A stretch of 64,000 bases of DNA from Angustibacter luteus (GCF_039541115.1 NZ_BAABFP010000007.1:310001-374000); one strand, 5' to 3'. Positions 28,243 through 38,460 are shown, numbered from the stretch's first letter. The notes: generated by a model from the letters alone, not told the origin. A program made the numbers and translations.

Positions 28243-28742
28243 CAGGCGTTCTCGTAGGTGCCATTGACGCTGAGGACGTCGCCGGTGGCCCAGGTGAACG
28301 GCGAGGCGGCGCCGATCGCGCGGTCGTTGTTGCCGGCCGTGGTGGCCGGTGCCCAGACGATCGCGTAGGGCCCACTGGACAGCCATGCCGCCCAGGCGCC
28401 GTAGTAGCCCGACGCGGACGCGTCGTAGCAGTTCGCCAGCCAGCGCCAGATCCGCGCGACGGGCGTCGTGGGCAGGCTCAGCCGCCACTGACCTGATCCG
28501 TAGGTGGTGGTGGATCCCATGGTGACGTCGATGCGGAAGTCGACGCGCTTGCCGACCTGCAGGTAGGCGCCGGCGATCGAGCCGTTGCCGATGACAGGGT
28601 TCGCGCCCGCGGTCCACGCGGGGGTGTAGGACGTCCAGCCAGCCTGGATACCGGCGAGCGCGTCCCGGATCTCCGTGTTGTTCATCGCGGCCGTGACGAC
28701 CTCGCCGGTCACCCAGGTACGCGGCGTGGTGTTGAGGCTCAC
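28242..28742 (-). CDS. Minor tail protein
   Basis: PRTWVTGEVVTAAMNN...IRD; GAYLQVGKRV; SLP; NGTYE. Confidence 0.75.
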   Translation of the reverse strand: MSLNTTPRTWVTGEVVTAAMNNTEIRDALAGIQAGWTSYTPAWTAGANPVIGNGSIAGAYLQVGKRVDFRIDVTMGSTTTYGSGQWRLSLPTTPVARIWRWLANCYDASASGYYGAWAAWLSSGPYAIVWAPATTAGNNDRAIGAASPFTWATGDVLSVNGTYENA

Positions 28743-29128
28743 GAGGGTGCCTCCACTTCGTCGACGGGCCAGTTCTGGGCGTCGAGCTCGAGCTCGGCCA
28801 GTGCGGTCTCGATGGCGTCGGCGTCCGGCGGCCAGACGACCGGGCGGAACAAGCCGTCGACGAGGGCGTTGCCGCAGTCGCAGCACAGGAACCGCTGATC
28901 CGTGCGGGAGGCCAGCTGCGCGCCACCGCAGGGGCAGTCGACCAGCCAACGGCCGTGGTTGACCCGGACCGACACCGGTGAGTCGACCGCGAGCGCCGTG
29001 GAGACGTCCAGCGGCCGCGGCGCGGCCCAGTAGACCAGTGGCGCGCAGGTCGCCTCGGTCTGCGCGGTGGTGAGGATGCCGCGGGCGGCAGCCTGCTGAC
29101 GGTACGTGCTGGCGTCACCGAAGGGCAC
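28739..29128 (-). CDS. Tail-region Cys-rich protein
   Basis: VRVNHGRWLVDCPCGGA...FLCCDC...VVWP...QNW. Confidence 0.7.
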   Translation of the reverse strand: MPFGDASTYRQQAAARGILTTAQTEATCAPLVYWAAPRPLDVSTALAVDSPVSVRVNHGRWLVDCPCGGAQLASRTDQRFLCCDCGNALVDGLFRPVVWPPDADAIETALAELELDAQNWPVDEVEAPS

Positions 29129-29141
29129 TGGCTCTCCTCTG

Positions 29142-31004
29142 CTAGTAGGCGAGTCGGGTTGTGGACCCCAGGACGCCGAGCACGGCGTCTCCGAGCTTCC
29201 AGACGGCTGCGAGCGCCGGGGTGGTGTTGGCCTGCAGGGTGTAGCCGGACAGCGGCGAGAAGGACTCGGTGTACCCCTGGATCTCGACCGTCACCGAGGT
29301 AGCCGGCGCCGTCGACGGCAGACCGGAGATGACGACCGACTGCCCCAGGAGCTCGGACTGCCAGAGCGTGTCGGCGAGGGTCTCGTTCGCCAGGAGCTGG
29401 GCGGTGAACGTCGAGATCCGCGGGGCCGGCTGGGCGGTGGTGACGCGCATCTGGGAGTAGGCCTCGGCCTGCGCCGGGTCCATCAGGTCCAGGGTCACGT
29501 CGTCGTTGTAGAGACCGTTGGCCACGATCGACGCGGCGTCGACGTACCGGTGCTGGTCGCCGTGGCCGTCGGTCGTGGTGAAGTCGTTGACCAGGCCCTT
29601 GTAGTCCAGCAGGAACGTCAGGTCCGCCTCGTAGTCGTCGAGGGCCAGGGTGGCGACAGGGACCTGGTTGTAGCGCACGGTGCGCATCTGCAAGGTGAGG
29701 ACACCGGTCGTCGAGACGAACATCGTCCCCGACTCCAGGGCCGCCGTTGCCTCGAGCAGATCCTCGTAGGTGCGGCCATCACCCTGGACGTCCAGCGCAC
29801 CCATGCTGACCGTTCCAGGAGCGCCCACCGTGGCGACGAACGCTGACGGGATCCCGGCGATGTCAGCGACGCGGGCCCAGCGGGCAGCTGAGTCGTCGGC
29901 CGTGCTGAGACCAGCTAGCACGGTCCGCTTGGCGATCTCGCCGGCAGACAGTGCGGAGGCGTAGAGCGCGACGTGGGCGAGCGTGAAGTCGGTGTACGAG
30001 GTGGAGTGCAGGGCGTTGCCCACCTCGTAGATGGGGTCGACCGAGCTGGGCGTTCCGAACGTCATTGACACCGGGGTGCCAGCCACCCCGTCCACGTAGA
30101 CGGTGACGGTCGCCGCGGGTCCGTTGCAGACGACAGCGATGTGGTGGAGCTTCCCGTCGTTGACGACGGCCGTGTTGGTCGCGGTCCCGCCGGTGCCAGC
30201 GTTTGGGAGGAACTGTGCCGTCACCTGGTTCGCGATGCCGTCGTTGGCGCGGATGAACAGGTTGTCCGAGGACCCCAGCGGCGCACCGTAGAAGAGCAGG
30301 TTCGCTCCGCCGGCCGCGGCCGTGTAGAAGCACTCGAACGAGAACGACTGGGTGGACGAGAACGCGAAGTACTGCTGGGTGCCGCCCGTGAAGAGGATGC
30401 CGTCGGCCAGGCGGCCAGCGGTCAGTCCGTCCGTGGGGACGCCGATCGCATCACCGAAGGTGAGCGCCCCCGCCGGGGACGCGACGAGCGTCATCGCACC
30501 GACAGTGTTGGCCGGCGCGGTGGCGGCGCTGTCGTCACCGAGCGTCCAGTAGTTCACCGGGTTCGAGTCCTTGAACGACTTAACGAGCAGGTTGTCGGCG
30601 ACCTTGCCTCGGCCCAGCCGGTTCAGCCGATCCACCGCGGTCACCGCTGCCGTGGCCAGGCGACCCGTCGGCTCCCATGACGTCGGCCACGAGTCGATGA
30701 AGCCGTCGAACCGGGGGCGCCAGGTTCCGACTCCCTTGCGGAAGGAGATGCGGACCCGCTTGCCCAGTACGACGTTCGGGTAGTAGGGGCTCGACGCGTA
30801 CCCCGGGGTGAACCGGCCGTCGGAGTTGTCCAGCGTGAACGCGGCCGTCGAGGGCTGCACATTCGAGTACTGGTCGCCGCGGCCCCTGGTCACGTCGACC
30901 GTCGCCGACGCGACGTCCACGTAGGCCGACACATCCGTCCACGCCGGTGAGGTGTCGTCAGGGTCGGTGGCGAACGCGATCTCCACCTTGACCGACAGCG
31001 TCAC
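29142..31004 (-). CDS. Minor tail protein with LamG-like insertion
   Basis: WTDVSAYV, VTRGR, LDNSDGRFTP; DGKLHHIAVV...VYVDG; follows the tape measure gene. Confidence 0.8.
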   Translation of the reverse strand: MTLSVKVEIAFATDPDDTSPAWTDVSAYVDVASATVDVTRGRGDQYSNVQPSTAAFTLDNSDGRFTPGYASSPYYPNVVLGKRVRISFRKGVGTWRPRFDGFIDSWPTSWEPTGRLATAAVTAVDRLNRLGRGKVADNLLVKSFKDSNPVNYWTLGDDSAATAPANTVGAMTLVASPAGALTFGDAIGVPTDGLTAGRLADGILFTGGTQQYFAFSSTQSFSFECFYTAAAGGANLLFYGAPLGSSDNLFIRANDGIANQVTAQFLPNAGTGGTATNTAVVNDGKLHHIAVVCNGPAATVTVYVDGVAGTPVSMTFGTPSSVDPIYEVGNALHSTSYTDFTLAHVALYASALSAGEIAKRTVLAGLSTADDSAARWARVADIAGIPSAFVATVGAPGTVSMGALDVQGDGRTYEDLLEATAALESGTMFVSTTGVLTLQMRTVRYNQVPVATLALDDYEADLTFLLDYKGLVNDFTTTDGHGDQHRYVDAASIVANGLYNDDVTLDLMDPAQAEAYSQMRVTTAQPAPRISTFTAQLLANETLADTLWQSELLGQSVVISGLPSTAPATSVTVEIQGYTESFSPLSGYTLQANTTPALAAVWKLGDAVLGVLGSTTRLAY

Positions 31005-32614
31005 CTCTGGAACTCCAGCCGGCCCTTGGACTGCTTCAGCTTCATCAGCGACGCCTCGATCGCACGAGCCGCGGCGAGCTCACCGCCAGGCGCGACCTTC
31101 ACCTCGATGAGCACGTAGGTCGCACCCCCGCTCACAGCTGCACCGCCGCCGCGGCGGGGGCCGGGCACCGACGGCAGGATCGTGCCGTCCTGGTCCGGGA
31201 CGAACAGCTCCGGCCGGTGCTCACCCACGATGTACGGGACGCCCGCCTGCACCGGGCCGCCGCCGGCCCGGTGGTCTGCCGCGTCGGCCTGGTTCGCCTT
31301 GGTGTAGGCCCGGATCGTGATCGTGGGGTCGATGTGGTTCTGCTGCCACCGGATCGCCGCGAGCTTGGCGATCGCCTTGTCGGCCCCCGGGGTCGTGATC
31401 CTGACGGCCTTGTAGTCCTTCGTTCCGGCCAGGGCGTGGTTGATCCGGTCGCGCATCTCGTCGAACTTGTCGGCGAACCCGCGGATCTTCTTGCCGATCC
31501 CGGGGATCCATCCGAACGCCAGCGCCGCTCCGTGAATGATGACGCCGGCGACGGTTAGCCACAGGTCAGCGACCAGCTTGAAGTACACGCGGATCACGTC
31601 GGTCCACAGGAACTTCGCCGCGGCTCCGACGACCTTGAACGCGCCATTCACGATGTTCCGGAAGGTCTCGGACTTCTTGTAGGCGAAGAACAGGCCAGCA
31701 CCCAGCGCCAGCAGCGCCAGCACGACGACACCGATCGGGTTGGCCCACAGCTCGGCGTTCAGGACCGCCTGGATGGCTGCGTAGGCCTTCGTCACCGCAC
31801 TGACGGCCCAGAAGGCACCGACCAGCAGGCCGATCACCGTGACGGCGGTCTTGGTCGCCGAGGAGTGGTCCTTGACGAACTTGGCGCCTCGGGCCATCGC
31901 CGTCGAGACCTTGGTCAGTGCCGGGAAGAGCTTCTGTCCCAGCTGGATCTGGACGCCGGTGATCGCCGCGTCCCACTTGCGCTTGGCGATCGTGTTCTCC
32001 TTGACCGCCGCCGTGTCCTTGTCCGAGAGGGTGTTGCCGAACTGATCGGACTCCTTCCCGAGGGAAGCGATCGCGTCGGAGCCCTTGCTGAGGAACGGGA
32101 GGAGACCCACCCCGGCCTTGCCGAAGAGCTTCATCGCGAGCGCGGTCTTCTCGGGCCCGTCCTTCATGCCGGCGAACTTGTCCGAGAGCTGGGGGAGGAT
32201 CTCGGTCATCGGCTTGAGGTTGCCGCTGCTGTCCCGCGCAGAGATGCCCGCCGACTTCCACGCCTTGTCGTTGCCGGCCAGGTGCTTGTTGAGGATGCCG
32301 AGTCCCTTGCCGAGAGCATCCGAGCCAACGCCGGACTGACCGGCCGCATAGCGCCACCGGGAGGCCTCCTCGGTCGTCGACCCGAGGTAGCGCTTCAGGG
32401 CCACGGTCTCCTTGGCGACGGCCTGGAACTTGTCGATCGACGTCTTGCCGAACGCGACGGCTGCGCCTGCGCCGGCGGCCAGACCGACCGTGGCCGCGGT
32501 GCGCAGGCTGTGGGTGCTCTTCTCCGTGCCCTCGATCGACTTGGAGACGCCCTTGAACGTCTTAGACGCGCGGTCCTTGGCGATGATGTCGAACACGATC
32601 GAAGTGGCCATCAT
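31001..32614 (-). CDS. Tape measure protein
   Basis: Ala/Gly/Lys-rich helical; ANPIGVVVLAL...AYKKSETFRNIV; RAGGGPV...VGEHRPELFVP. Confidence 0.85.
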   Translation of the reverse strand: MMATSIVFDIIAKDRASKTFKGVSKSIEGTEKSTHSLRTAATVGLAAGAGAAVAFGKTSIDKFQAVAKETVALKRYLGSTTEEASRWRYAAGQSGVGSDALGKGLGILNKHLAGNDKAWKSAGISARDSSGNLKPMTEILPQLSDKFAGMKDGPEKTALAMKLFGKAGVGLLPFLSKGSDAIASLGKESDQFGNTLSDKDTAAVKENTIAKRKWDAAITGVQIQLGQKLFPALTKVSTAMARGAKFVKDHSSATKTAVTVIGLLVGAFWAVSAVTKAYAAIQAVLNAELWANPIGVVVLALLALGAGLFFAYKKSETFRNIVNGAFKVVGAAAKFLWTDVIRVYFKLVADLWLTVAGVIIHGAALAFGWIPGIGKKIRGFADKFDEMRDRINHALAGTKDYKAVRITTPGADKAIAKLAAIRWQQNHIDPTITIRAYTKANQADAADHRAGGGPVQAGVPYIVGEHRPELFVPDQDGTILPSVPGPRRGGGAAVSGGATYVLIEVKVAPGGELAAARAIEASLMKLKQSKGRLEFQR

Positions 32615-32822
32615 CGTCTCCTTCCGTTGCGGCGTCAGCGTTCTCGGCTGCCTGCTTCTCGCGGAGCCGGTCGATTGCCTCGCAGTACTGGACGAGCGCG
32701 TCGACGCTCAATCGATCCACGTCGTACTCAGGGACGTGGCAGACGGTCGCGAGGTCCACCAGGTGCGTGCGCCGCAGCTGCTCGAGCGGGGTCAGTCCGT
32801 CGCTGCGGCGGCGTCTTTTCCC
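32562..32822 (-). CDS. Tail assembly chaperone, -1 frameshift extension
   Basis: Open -1 frame from the slippery site to stop 32562. Confidence 0.7.
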   Translation of the reverse strand, partial: GKRRRRSDGLTPLEQLRRTHLVDLATVCHVPEYDVDRLSVDALVQYCEAIDRLREKQAAENADAATEGDDDGHFDRVRHHRQGPRV

Positions 32823-33208
32823 TCGTCCGCTGCCTCCGCGATGTCGGCGAAGTCCTCGTCGTCCAGGGCGGCGAGAAGCTCGGCGCGGTCCTCGTCGGTC
32901 ATGTCCGGGTCCTCGGCGGCGAGCCGGCGGATCTCGCGCCGCTCGTCGGCGTCAAAGTTCACGTCGGCCTCGTCCTGGGCGTACTCGACGTCGGTGAACT
33001 TCAGCTTCGGGTCGGCACGCTTGAGCAGCACCCAGATGAGCGCACGGAGCGCGAGGGCGCTGCCGCGCAGCAGCTTGTCGGCAAAGTCGGTGCGGTAGTT
33101 CCAGCCGGTGACACGCTCGATGGCCTCAGCCTCGGGGGAGAGCAGCTTGCCCGGGTTGAAGCTCCATTCGTGGGCCTCGCCGCCCTCGGGGGTGTACGTG
33201 ACGATCAT
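32792..33208 (-). CDS. Tail assembly chaperone
   Basis: Position before the tape measure gene; G-GGA-AAA heptamer at 32822-32816. Confidence 0.8.
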   Translation of the reverse strand: MIVTYTPEGGEAHEWSFNPGKLLSPEAEAIERVTGWNYRTDFADKLLRGSALALRALIWVLLKRADPKLKFTDVEYAQDEADVNFDADERREIRRLAAEDPDMTDEDRAELLAALDDEDFADIAEAADEGKDAAAATD

Positions 33209-33223
33209 GTGTGCAGTGCTCCT

Positions 33224-33670
33224 TCAGGAGATGTCGCGCCCGATGTCGTTGAGCGCCTTCTGGATGCCGTCCCGCACCTGCGGTGCGGTCTTCTCGAGGG
33301 GCCGGGACCACCAGCCCGGGCCGATCTTCTGAGTGACCCACCCGGTCCGCCCGAAGGTCGGGTGCCGGAGCCGGCCACGGTCCATCGCCTTGATGTCGTG
33401 GTCGTTGGTCGCCTTCAGCTGAACGCCTGCCGACCTGGAGCTGGTGCGGACGCTGTTGGAGATCCGTGAGCGGGCCACCAGCTGGTTGAGGCCGCCGCGG
33501 TGGGGGAGCTCGGCGAGCGCCGAGGCCTTGACCGCGTCCTTCATCGGTTGGGTCGCCTCGCGGATCCCGCGGGTGACCCGCTTACGGAGCTCGCCGTCCC
33601 CGACCGCCTTGACCTTCGCGTAGACCTGGTGCAGGTTCTCGGCCTGCACATGCAGCTCGGCGGGTGCCAT
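33224..33670 (-). CDS. Neck/tail-completion protein (HK97 gp10-like)
   Basis: GRLRHPTFG..WVTQ...GWW pattern; position. Confidence 0.6.
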   Translation of the reverse strand: MAPAELHVQAENLHQVYAKVKAVGDGELRKRVTRGIREATQPMKDAVKASALAELPHRGGLNQLVARSRISNSVRTSSRSAGVQLKATNDHDIKAMDRGRLRHPTFGRTGWVTQKIGPGWWSRPLEKTAPQVRDGIQKALNDIGRDIS

Positions 33671-33674
33671 CGGG

Positions 33675-34670
33675 TCAGAGGGCGACGTCGACGGACATGT
33701 ACTCGCAGGTGACCGGCGCGTTGGTCAGGTCGTTCAGGGCGGTGAAGTTGAACGACGGCGACACGACGTCCGGCCCCTCGAGGGTCGGGGTGTCCGTGTC
33801 TAGGTAGACGGCCGGCAGCTTGATCCGGAACGTCTCGTAGTAGGTGCTGGCGATGTTCGCGCCGACGAACTCCCAGATCAGCGAGAACGGAGTGTCGGCA
33901 GCGAAGCGGTCGGCGAAGTCGGTGCGGTTGACGAAGTCGGTCTCGATCGTCCCGGTCAGGTCGACCAGGTCGTTCTGGATCGGCTCCTTCTTCAGGCCTG
34001 CGTTGCCGGCGTACACGCGGTCGGTCTTCTGGGGCCGGGTCATCTTGAACGACACCTTGCTGACCCCGTCGACCGCGGCCTCGGAACCGAACGCGCCGAT
34101 CTTCAGCGTGGAGTGCTTGAAGTTGAACGCCTTCAGCCCCGTCGGGTACGAGGGGGCGGCGAGGGTCTGGGAGTCCACGACGTCCTGGCAGTCCAGCGTG
34201 AGCGCCGCCGTCAGGTACTCGCCGCGGCCGCAGGAGAACTCGGCGTCGGTGATCTTTGTGCCGACGCCGGTCGACGGGTAGACCGTGCCCGACGTCATCG
34301 GCACACCGGCCTGCGCGGAGAAGAACCGGCCGGCGTTGTCAACGAGCAGGTGCGTCTGCAAGTACGCGGTGGTCGCGGCCTGCTGCACCGGCGTCACGAC
34401 GCCGCCGAAGATGTGCTTCAGCAGCAGCCCCATCGACTTCTGCACGACCTCGAGCGTGACCGTTCCCTCACCGTTGGTGTCAGTCACGGAACGACCACCG
34501 GCGGCCCGCACGAGCCGCCCGGCGGCCAGGCCCGAGCGCTGCACGACGGTCTTGTTCCGCTTCAGCGGTGCACTGTTCGCCTCGTAGAAGCGGGCCGGCG
34601 CCACGTAGGTGCCGTAGACCGTCTCGTCGGAGATGCCGAAGCTGCCACCGATGCCGCTGCCAACTGCCAT
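33675..34670 (-). CDS. Major tail (tube) protein
   Basis: GISDETVYGTYVAPARF; size and position. Confidence 0.75.
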   Translation of the reverse strand: MAVGSGIGGSFGISDETVYGTYVAPARFYEANSAPLKRNKTVVQRSGLAAGRLVRAAGGRSVTDTNGEGTVTLEVVQKSMGLLLKHIFGGVVTPVQQAATTAYLQTHLLVDNAGRFFSAQAGVPMTSGTVYPSTGVGTKITDAEFSCGRGEYLTAALTLDCQDVVDSQTLAAPSYPTGLKAFNFKHSTLKIGAFGSEAAVDGVSKVSFKMTRPQKTDRVYAGNAGLKKEPIQNDLVDLTGTIETDFVNRTDFADRFAADTPFSLIWEFVGANIASTYYETFRIKLPAVYLDTDTPTLEGPDVVSPSFNFTALNDLTNAPVTCEYMSVDVAL

Positions 34671-34673
34671 TGC

Positions 34674-34988
34674 TCAGCCCTCCTGAGGGGTGAAGAGGTC
34701 GCGGATCTGGTCACGGCCGAGGTCCTCGAGCTCGTCCTCAGCCGCCTGGCCGGTGCCGACGACCCAGGCGACCCAGGCCTCGCGGGTGTCGCCGCCACGG
34801 GGACGCCGCAGGCCGCGGTTGTCGTGCTCGGTCTGGGCCGCCTCGTCCGCGGGCTCCCAAACGCCCTCCTGCTGCGTGTAGGACCACACGTCGCGCTCGT
34901 CGAGCTCGAGGACCTCACCTGCCGGGACGACGCGGTCCTCCCAGGGGACGTCGAGGTCCTGGCCGGACACGTTTCGGATCTGAGCCAC
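34674..34988 (-). CDS. Hypothetical virion-region protein
   Basis: AGGAG RBS; coupled ORF. Confidence 0.6.
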   Translation of the reverse strand: MAQIRNVSGQDLDVPWEDRVVPAGEVLELDERDVWSYTQQEGVWEPADEAAQTEHDNRGLRRPRGGDTREAWVAWVVGTGQAAEDELEDLGRDQIRDLFTPQEG

Positions 34989-34999
34989 GATCACTCCTG

Positions 35000-35491
35000 T
35001 CAGAGGTCGGCTTGGTAGCCGACGGTGAAGATGAACTTCGCGAGCGCGCCCGCTTCGTCCTGGACGGTGAGGAGCTGGGTGTTGCCGCCGCAGTCGACCC
35101 ACGCGACCTCGTTGATCCCCAGGTCGAAGGGGCGGCGTCCGGGCCGGACGATGCGCTGCACGGCCTGGTACATCCCGAGCGCCTCGTCACGGGCCTGCTT
35201 CAGGTCGTTGTTGCCGTTCCACGCGAGCGCCACACAGGTGATCTCGCCGACCTCGCGGCGAGTGCCGCTGATGTGCACCCAGGACTGGTCGGACTGCCCG
35301 GTCGTCGCCTCGTCGCCGGCGTCTGCGTCGGTCACCCCGATGAAGAGGTAGTTGCCCGGGTTCTCGGAGGGGACCGCACCGTCGGTCACGGTGACGCTCT
35401 CGAGGGAGCCTCCGGTGACGTTCTCGACCTGGCAGGCCGCCACGAGTGCGTCGATCACGGCGCACATGGCCGTTGTGTCCAGGCTGCTCAT
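35000..35491 (-). CDS. Tail terminator-like protein
   Basis: Position; VTDG...YLFIG pattern. Confidence 0.55.
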   Translation of the reverse strand: MSSLDTTAMCAVIDALVAACQVENVTGGSLESVTVTDGAVPSENPGNYLFIGVTDADAGDEATTGQSDQSWVHISGTRREVGEITCVALAWNGNNDLKQARDEALGMYQAVQRIVRPGRRPFDLGINEVAWVDCGGNTQLLTVQDEAGALAKFIFTVGYQADL

Positions 35492-36003
35492 CAGGCGAAC
35501 CCGGTGCCGCGGTAGGGCTCGATGAGAGTCTCGACGAAGTTCGGGAGGAAGTACGGCGAGACGACCTGGCTGGGCGTGCTACCGGGCTTGCGCTGGCTCG
35601 AGGAGTAGACGTGCCGCAGCAGCTCCTTCACGGCGAGCATCAGGTCGTCGGGCAGCGTGGTGTACCCAGCCTGGTAGACGACGATGTAGCGGTCCGCGTA
35701 CAGCGGCAGCGAGCTGTAGTTCGTGACCTGGCCGGTCTCGGGGTCGATGTCGAAACCGGCCAGGTCCATGGCGACCGCGCCCGGCAGTACCGGCGTAACC
35801 GAGGTCAGGGAGATAACCGGGGGCGGCAGGAAAAGGCTTGAGCCGCCGGCGACCCGCTTGGTCTTCGTGGTGGGCTCGAGGGGGCCGGTCCAGTGCGCGA
35901 TCGCCTTCTCGCACGCGTCGATCAACTGCTGCAGCTCGGCGTCCGAGAGCGTGATCGTGACGTTCAGGTGCTCCTTGGCGTCGGCGAGCAAGAGGGCGGA
36001 CAC
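35491..36003 (-). CDS. Head-tail connector/adaptor
   Basis: LADAKEHLN...DAELQQLIDA...VVYQAGY..LPDDL..AVKELLRH. Confidence 0.8.
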   Translation of the reverse strand: MSALLLADAKEHLNVTITLSDAELQQLIDACEKAIAHWTGPLEPTTKTKRVAGGSSLFLPPPVISLTSVTPVLPGAVAMDLAGFDIDPETGQVTNYSSLPLYADRYIVVYQAGYTTLPDDLMLAVKELLRHVYSSSQRKPGSTPSQVVSPYFLPNFVETLIEPYRGTGFA

Positions 36004-36006
36004 GTG

Positions 36007-36360
36007 TCAGGCCGTCTGCTGCTGCGGCCCGGTCGGGGTCGCGGTCTCCGCCGGACCCGGGGCCGCCGTCGTCTCGTCCGGACGGCTGGGGGTGCCGGTC
36101 GAGCGGGAGCGGCCGCGGCGCTTGGCGGGCTTGTCGTCCTCACCCTCGCGTGCGGCCCAGTCAGCGAGCAGCGCGTAGCCGCGGCCGCGGGCCGCACCAG
36201 CGGCCGCGGCGTCCTTGCGGAACTGCTCCTCGAGCTCGGCCCAGCTCTGGTCACGCTGCTCACGCAGCTGCCGGTAGTTGTCCTTCACGTCGTCGTCGAT
36301 CAGGTCGCCGCGACGGTCGGGTACCGCCTGAACGTCGGGCTTGGTGGCGGTCTTGCTCAT
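36007..36360 (-). CDS. Hypothetical protein
   Basis: AAGGAG RBS; 117-aa ORF in the late operon. Confidence 0.6.
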   Translation of the reverse strand: MSKTATKPDVQAVPDRRGDLIDDDVKDNYRQLREQRDQSWAELEEQFRKDAAAAGAARGRGYALLADWAAREGEDDKPAKRRGRSRSTGTPSRPDETTAAPGPAETATPTGPQQQTA

Positions 36361-36391
36361 CTCGGTTCTCCTTCGTGCAGATCGGTGGTCA

Positions 36392-36426
36392 CCCCGCTCG
36401 CCGCACTTCAGGTGCGGCGAGCGGGG
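36392..36426 (-). terminator. Hairpin in the late operon
   Basis: CCCCGCTCGCCGCAC / GTGCGGCGAGCGGGG 15-bp stem. Confidence 0.65.
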
Positions 36427-36445
36427 GAGACCAGGTGGAGGTGCG

Positions 36446-36898
36446 TCAGCTGCCGCTCGAACTGCCGGCGTCGATCGGGGCGGGCCCCGGGTTGGGGATC
36501 GACCCGGTGGACGGGCTGACCTGCTCGGTCCCCTCGGCGTCGTAACGCTCCTTCAGCGCCTTCTGGACGTCGGGGTCGCCGGCGAAGCCGCCGACGGACG
36601 CCAGCGGGTCACGGCGCACGGACTCGATCGCCCGGGACTTGGCCTCGGACGCGGCGTCCGTGGTGCCGTCGCCGGGGTCGCGGCCCTTGGCCCACTCGGC
36701 CAGGTGGTTGTAGCCCGCCTGCGGGTCCTTCTTGTGCTGCTCGAGCCACTGCTTGCGCAGCTCGGCCAGCTCCTGCTTGGGGGTGTTGCCGGTGACCGAC
36801 GCGCGGTCGCGGGCGATCTGGTCGTAGTTCTCGCGCGTGGCCTCGGGGACGAAGTGCTCCGGGGGCAGCGCGTCCACGGTGGTCTCGGACTCGGACAC
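36446..36898 (-). CDS. Hypothetical protein after the capsid gene
   Basis: GGAAGG RBS before GTG; codon usage like neighbours. Confidence 0.6.
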   Translation of the reverse strand: MSESETTVDALPPEHFVPEATRENYDQIARDRASVTGNTPKQELAELRKQWLEQHKKDPQAGYNHLAEWAKGRDPGDGTTDAASEAKSRAIESVRRDPLASVGGFAGDPDVQKALKERYDAEGTEQVSPSTGSIPNPGPAPIDAGSSSGS

Positions 36899-36981
36899 GA
36901 TGTTGCCTTCCTGCTCGACGATCTGGCGGGTGCCCGGCGCCGGGTGGTGGACCCGGCGCCGGGTGGGATGAGCCGGTCGGC

Positions 36982-38460
36982 TCAGAAGGTCGGCGCGATC
37001 TGGCCCCAGCCGGCGGTGCCGTCCAGACCGCCGGTCTTGCCGAAGGCCGTCGGGTAGCGGCCGGCGGTGAAGGCCGCGTAGCCGTACACGACGAGCTTGA
37101 CCGTCAGCTGGTTGCCGAGGGTCTGCTCGAAGCGCAGCTGGCGCGGCATGCCGTCGCCGTCCTCCCAGAGCAGGGCCTGGGCGGTGTCCGCGACGATCAC
37201 GGCGTCCTCGTTCAGGGTGCCGAGGTTCGTCGGGACGTTGGCGTCGGTGACGACCGGCAGGCCGGCGAACGAGCCGACGACCTGGTAGCCGTCGCGGGCG
37301 GTCAGGTTCTGGCCATCGCCGCCGTAGGTGCCCGGCTGCGCGTTCACGCCCATGGCGTTGAACGGGGCGGTGACCGGCACCAGCGGACGGTTCTGGCCGT
37401 CGACCTGTGCGGACAGCCAGCCCCAGCGGCGCGGGTGCATGATCTGCAGCTTCGGGCTGATGCCGACGCCGACGCTGGCGACCGCGGTGATCTGGCCGTT
37501 GATCTTCGTGTTGAAGCTCACCGGCGTGATGGCCGCGCCGTAGGCGGTGGCCGCGTTGATGCCCGCGGTCTGCAGGATGCCCAGCATCTGGTTGCTGGCG
37601 CCCGAGCCGTTGATGACCTGGCGGTCCAGCTCGGCCTGGTAGGCGCCGGCGAGGTCGAGGTACACGATCTCGTCGATGCCGGGGGCACCGCGCTCCAGCG
37701 CCTGCCGGGAGACGTCCTGCTGGCCGCCGATGGTGACGACCGGGACGGTCAGGTTCGCCCACACCTCGTCCGTGTTCTGCAGGGCCGAGTTCTCCGTGGC
37801 CTGCGAGGCCGCGGCCGCGCCGGTGGTGCCGCGCGGCACCAGGATCGACATGCCCTGCTCGGGGAGGTCGAGGTGCTGCACGGCGTTGGCCACCGGGCGA
37901 CCGGCGCGGATGACCAGGGCTGCCTGGTCGATGAGGTACTGCGGCACCACCAGACCGGCGAGGCCGCTGGTCGCCACGGCGCGCTCGGACACCTCGCCCT
38001 CGCGCTCGACCTCGACCATGTGCCGCTGCAGCCGCTGCTGGGCGGCCATGTCCTGCAGGTTCATAGCCCGGTAGGAGTCGACGAAGAACGAGGTCTCGCC
38101 GCGAGCCGACTTGCGCTGGCTGTAGGTACGCTCCTCGCTGGTGGTCACCGGAGCCCGGTCGCCGGTGTTGCCGTTGGCGCGGGCCAGGTCGCCGGCGAGG
38201 CGCTGGGCGGCCTCGTCGGAGCGCTTCTCGGCCTCGAGCTCGGTGATCCGCGTCTGCGAGGCGGCGATGTCCTCGTCGATCTTGCGGATCTCGTCCTGCG
38301 CACTGCGGATCTTCGTGGCCTCGTCGTCGGACGGGTCACGGTTGTCCTCCTTGGAGCAGGCCTCGCGGACCGCCTGAACGGCCTTCTGGTGCTCCGCGCG
38401 CTGGTCCAGCTTCGCCTTCATGGCGGCCCGGATCTGCGCGATCAGCTGCTCGATCGTCAT
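36982..38460 (-). CDS. HK97-fold major capsid protein with N-terminal scaffold/delta domain
   Basis: N-terminal coiled coil, GLVVPQYL, VINGSG..NQMLGIL, MHPRRW, AGLPVVTD. Confidence 0.88.
   Translation of the reverse strand: MTIEQLIAQIRAAMKAKLDQRAEHQKAVQAVREACSKEDNRDPSDDEATKIRSAQDEIRKIDEDIAASQTRITELEAEKRSDEAAQRLAGDLARANGNTGDRAPVTTSEERTYSQRKSARGETSFFVDSYRAMNLQDMAAQQRLQRHMVEVEREGEVSERAVATSGLAGLVVPQYLIDQAALVIRAGRPVANAVQHLDLPEQGMSILVPRGTTGAAAASQATENSALQNTDEVWANLTVPVVTIGGQQDVSRQALERGAPGIDEIVYLDLAGAYQAELDRQVINGSGASNQMLGILQTAGINAATAYGAAITPVSFNTKINGQITAVASVGVGISPKLQIMHPRRWGWLSAQVDGQNRPLVPVTAPFNAMGVNAQPGTYGGDGQNLTARDGYQVVGSFAGLPVVTDANVPTNLGTLNEDAVIVADTAQALLWEDGDGMPRQLRFEQTLGNQLTVKLVVYGYAAFTAGRYPTAFGKTGGLDGTAGWGQIAPTF

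Noticed and set aside
23397..31004. Diversity-generating retroelement or invertible tail cassette
   Set aside because: No reverse transcriptase, invertase or TR/VR repeat pair seen
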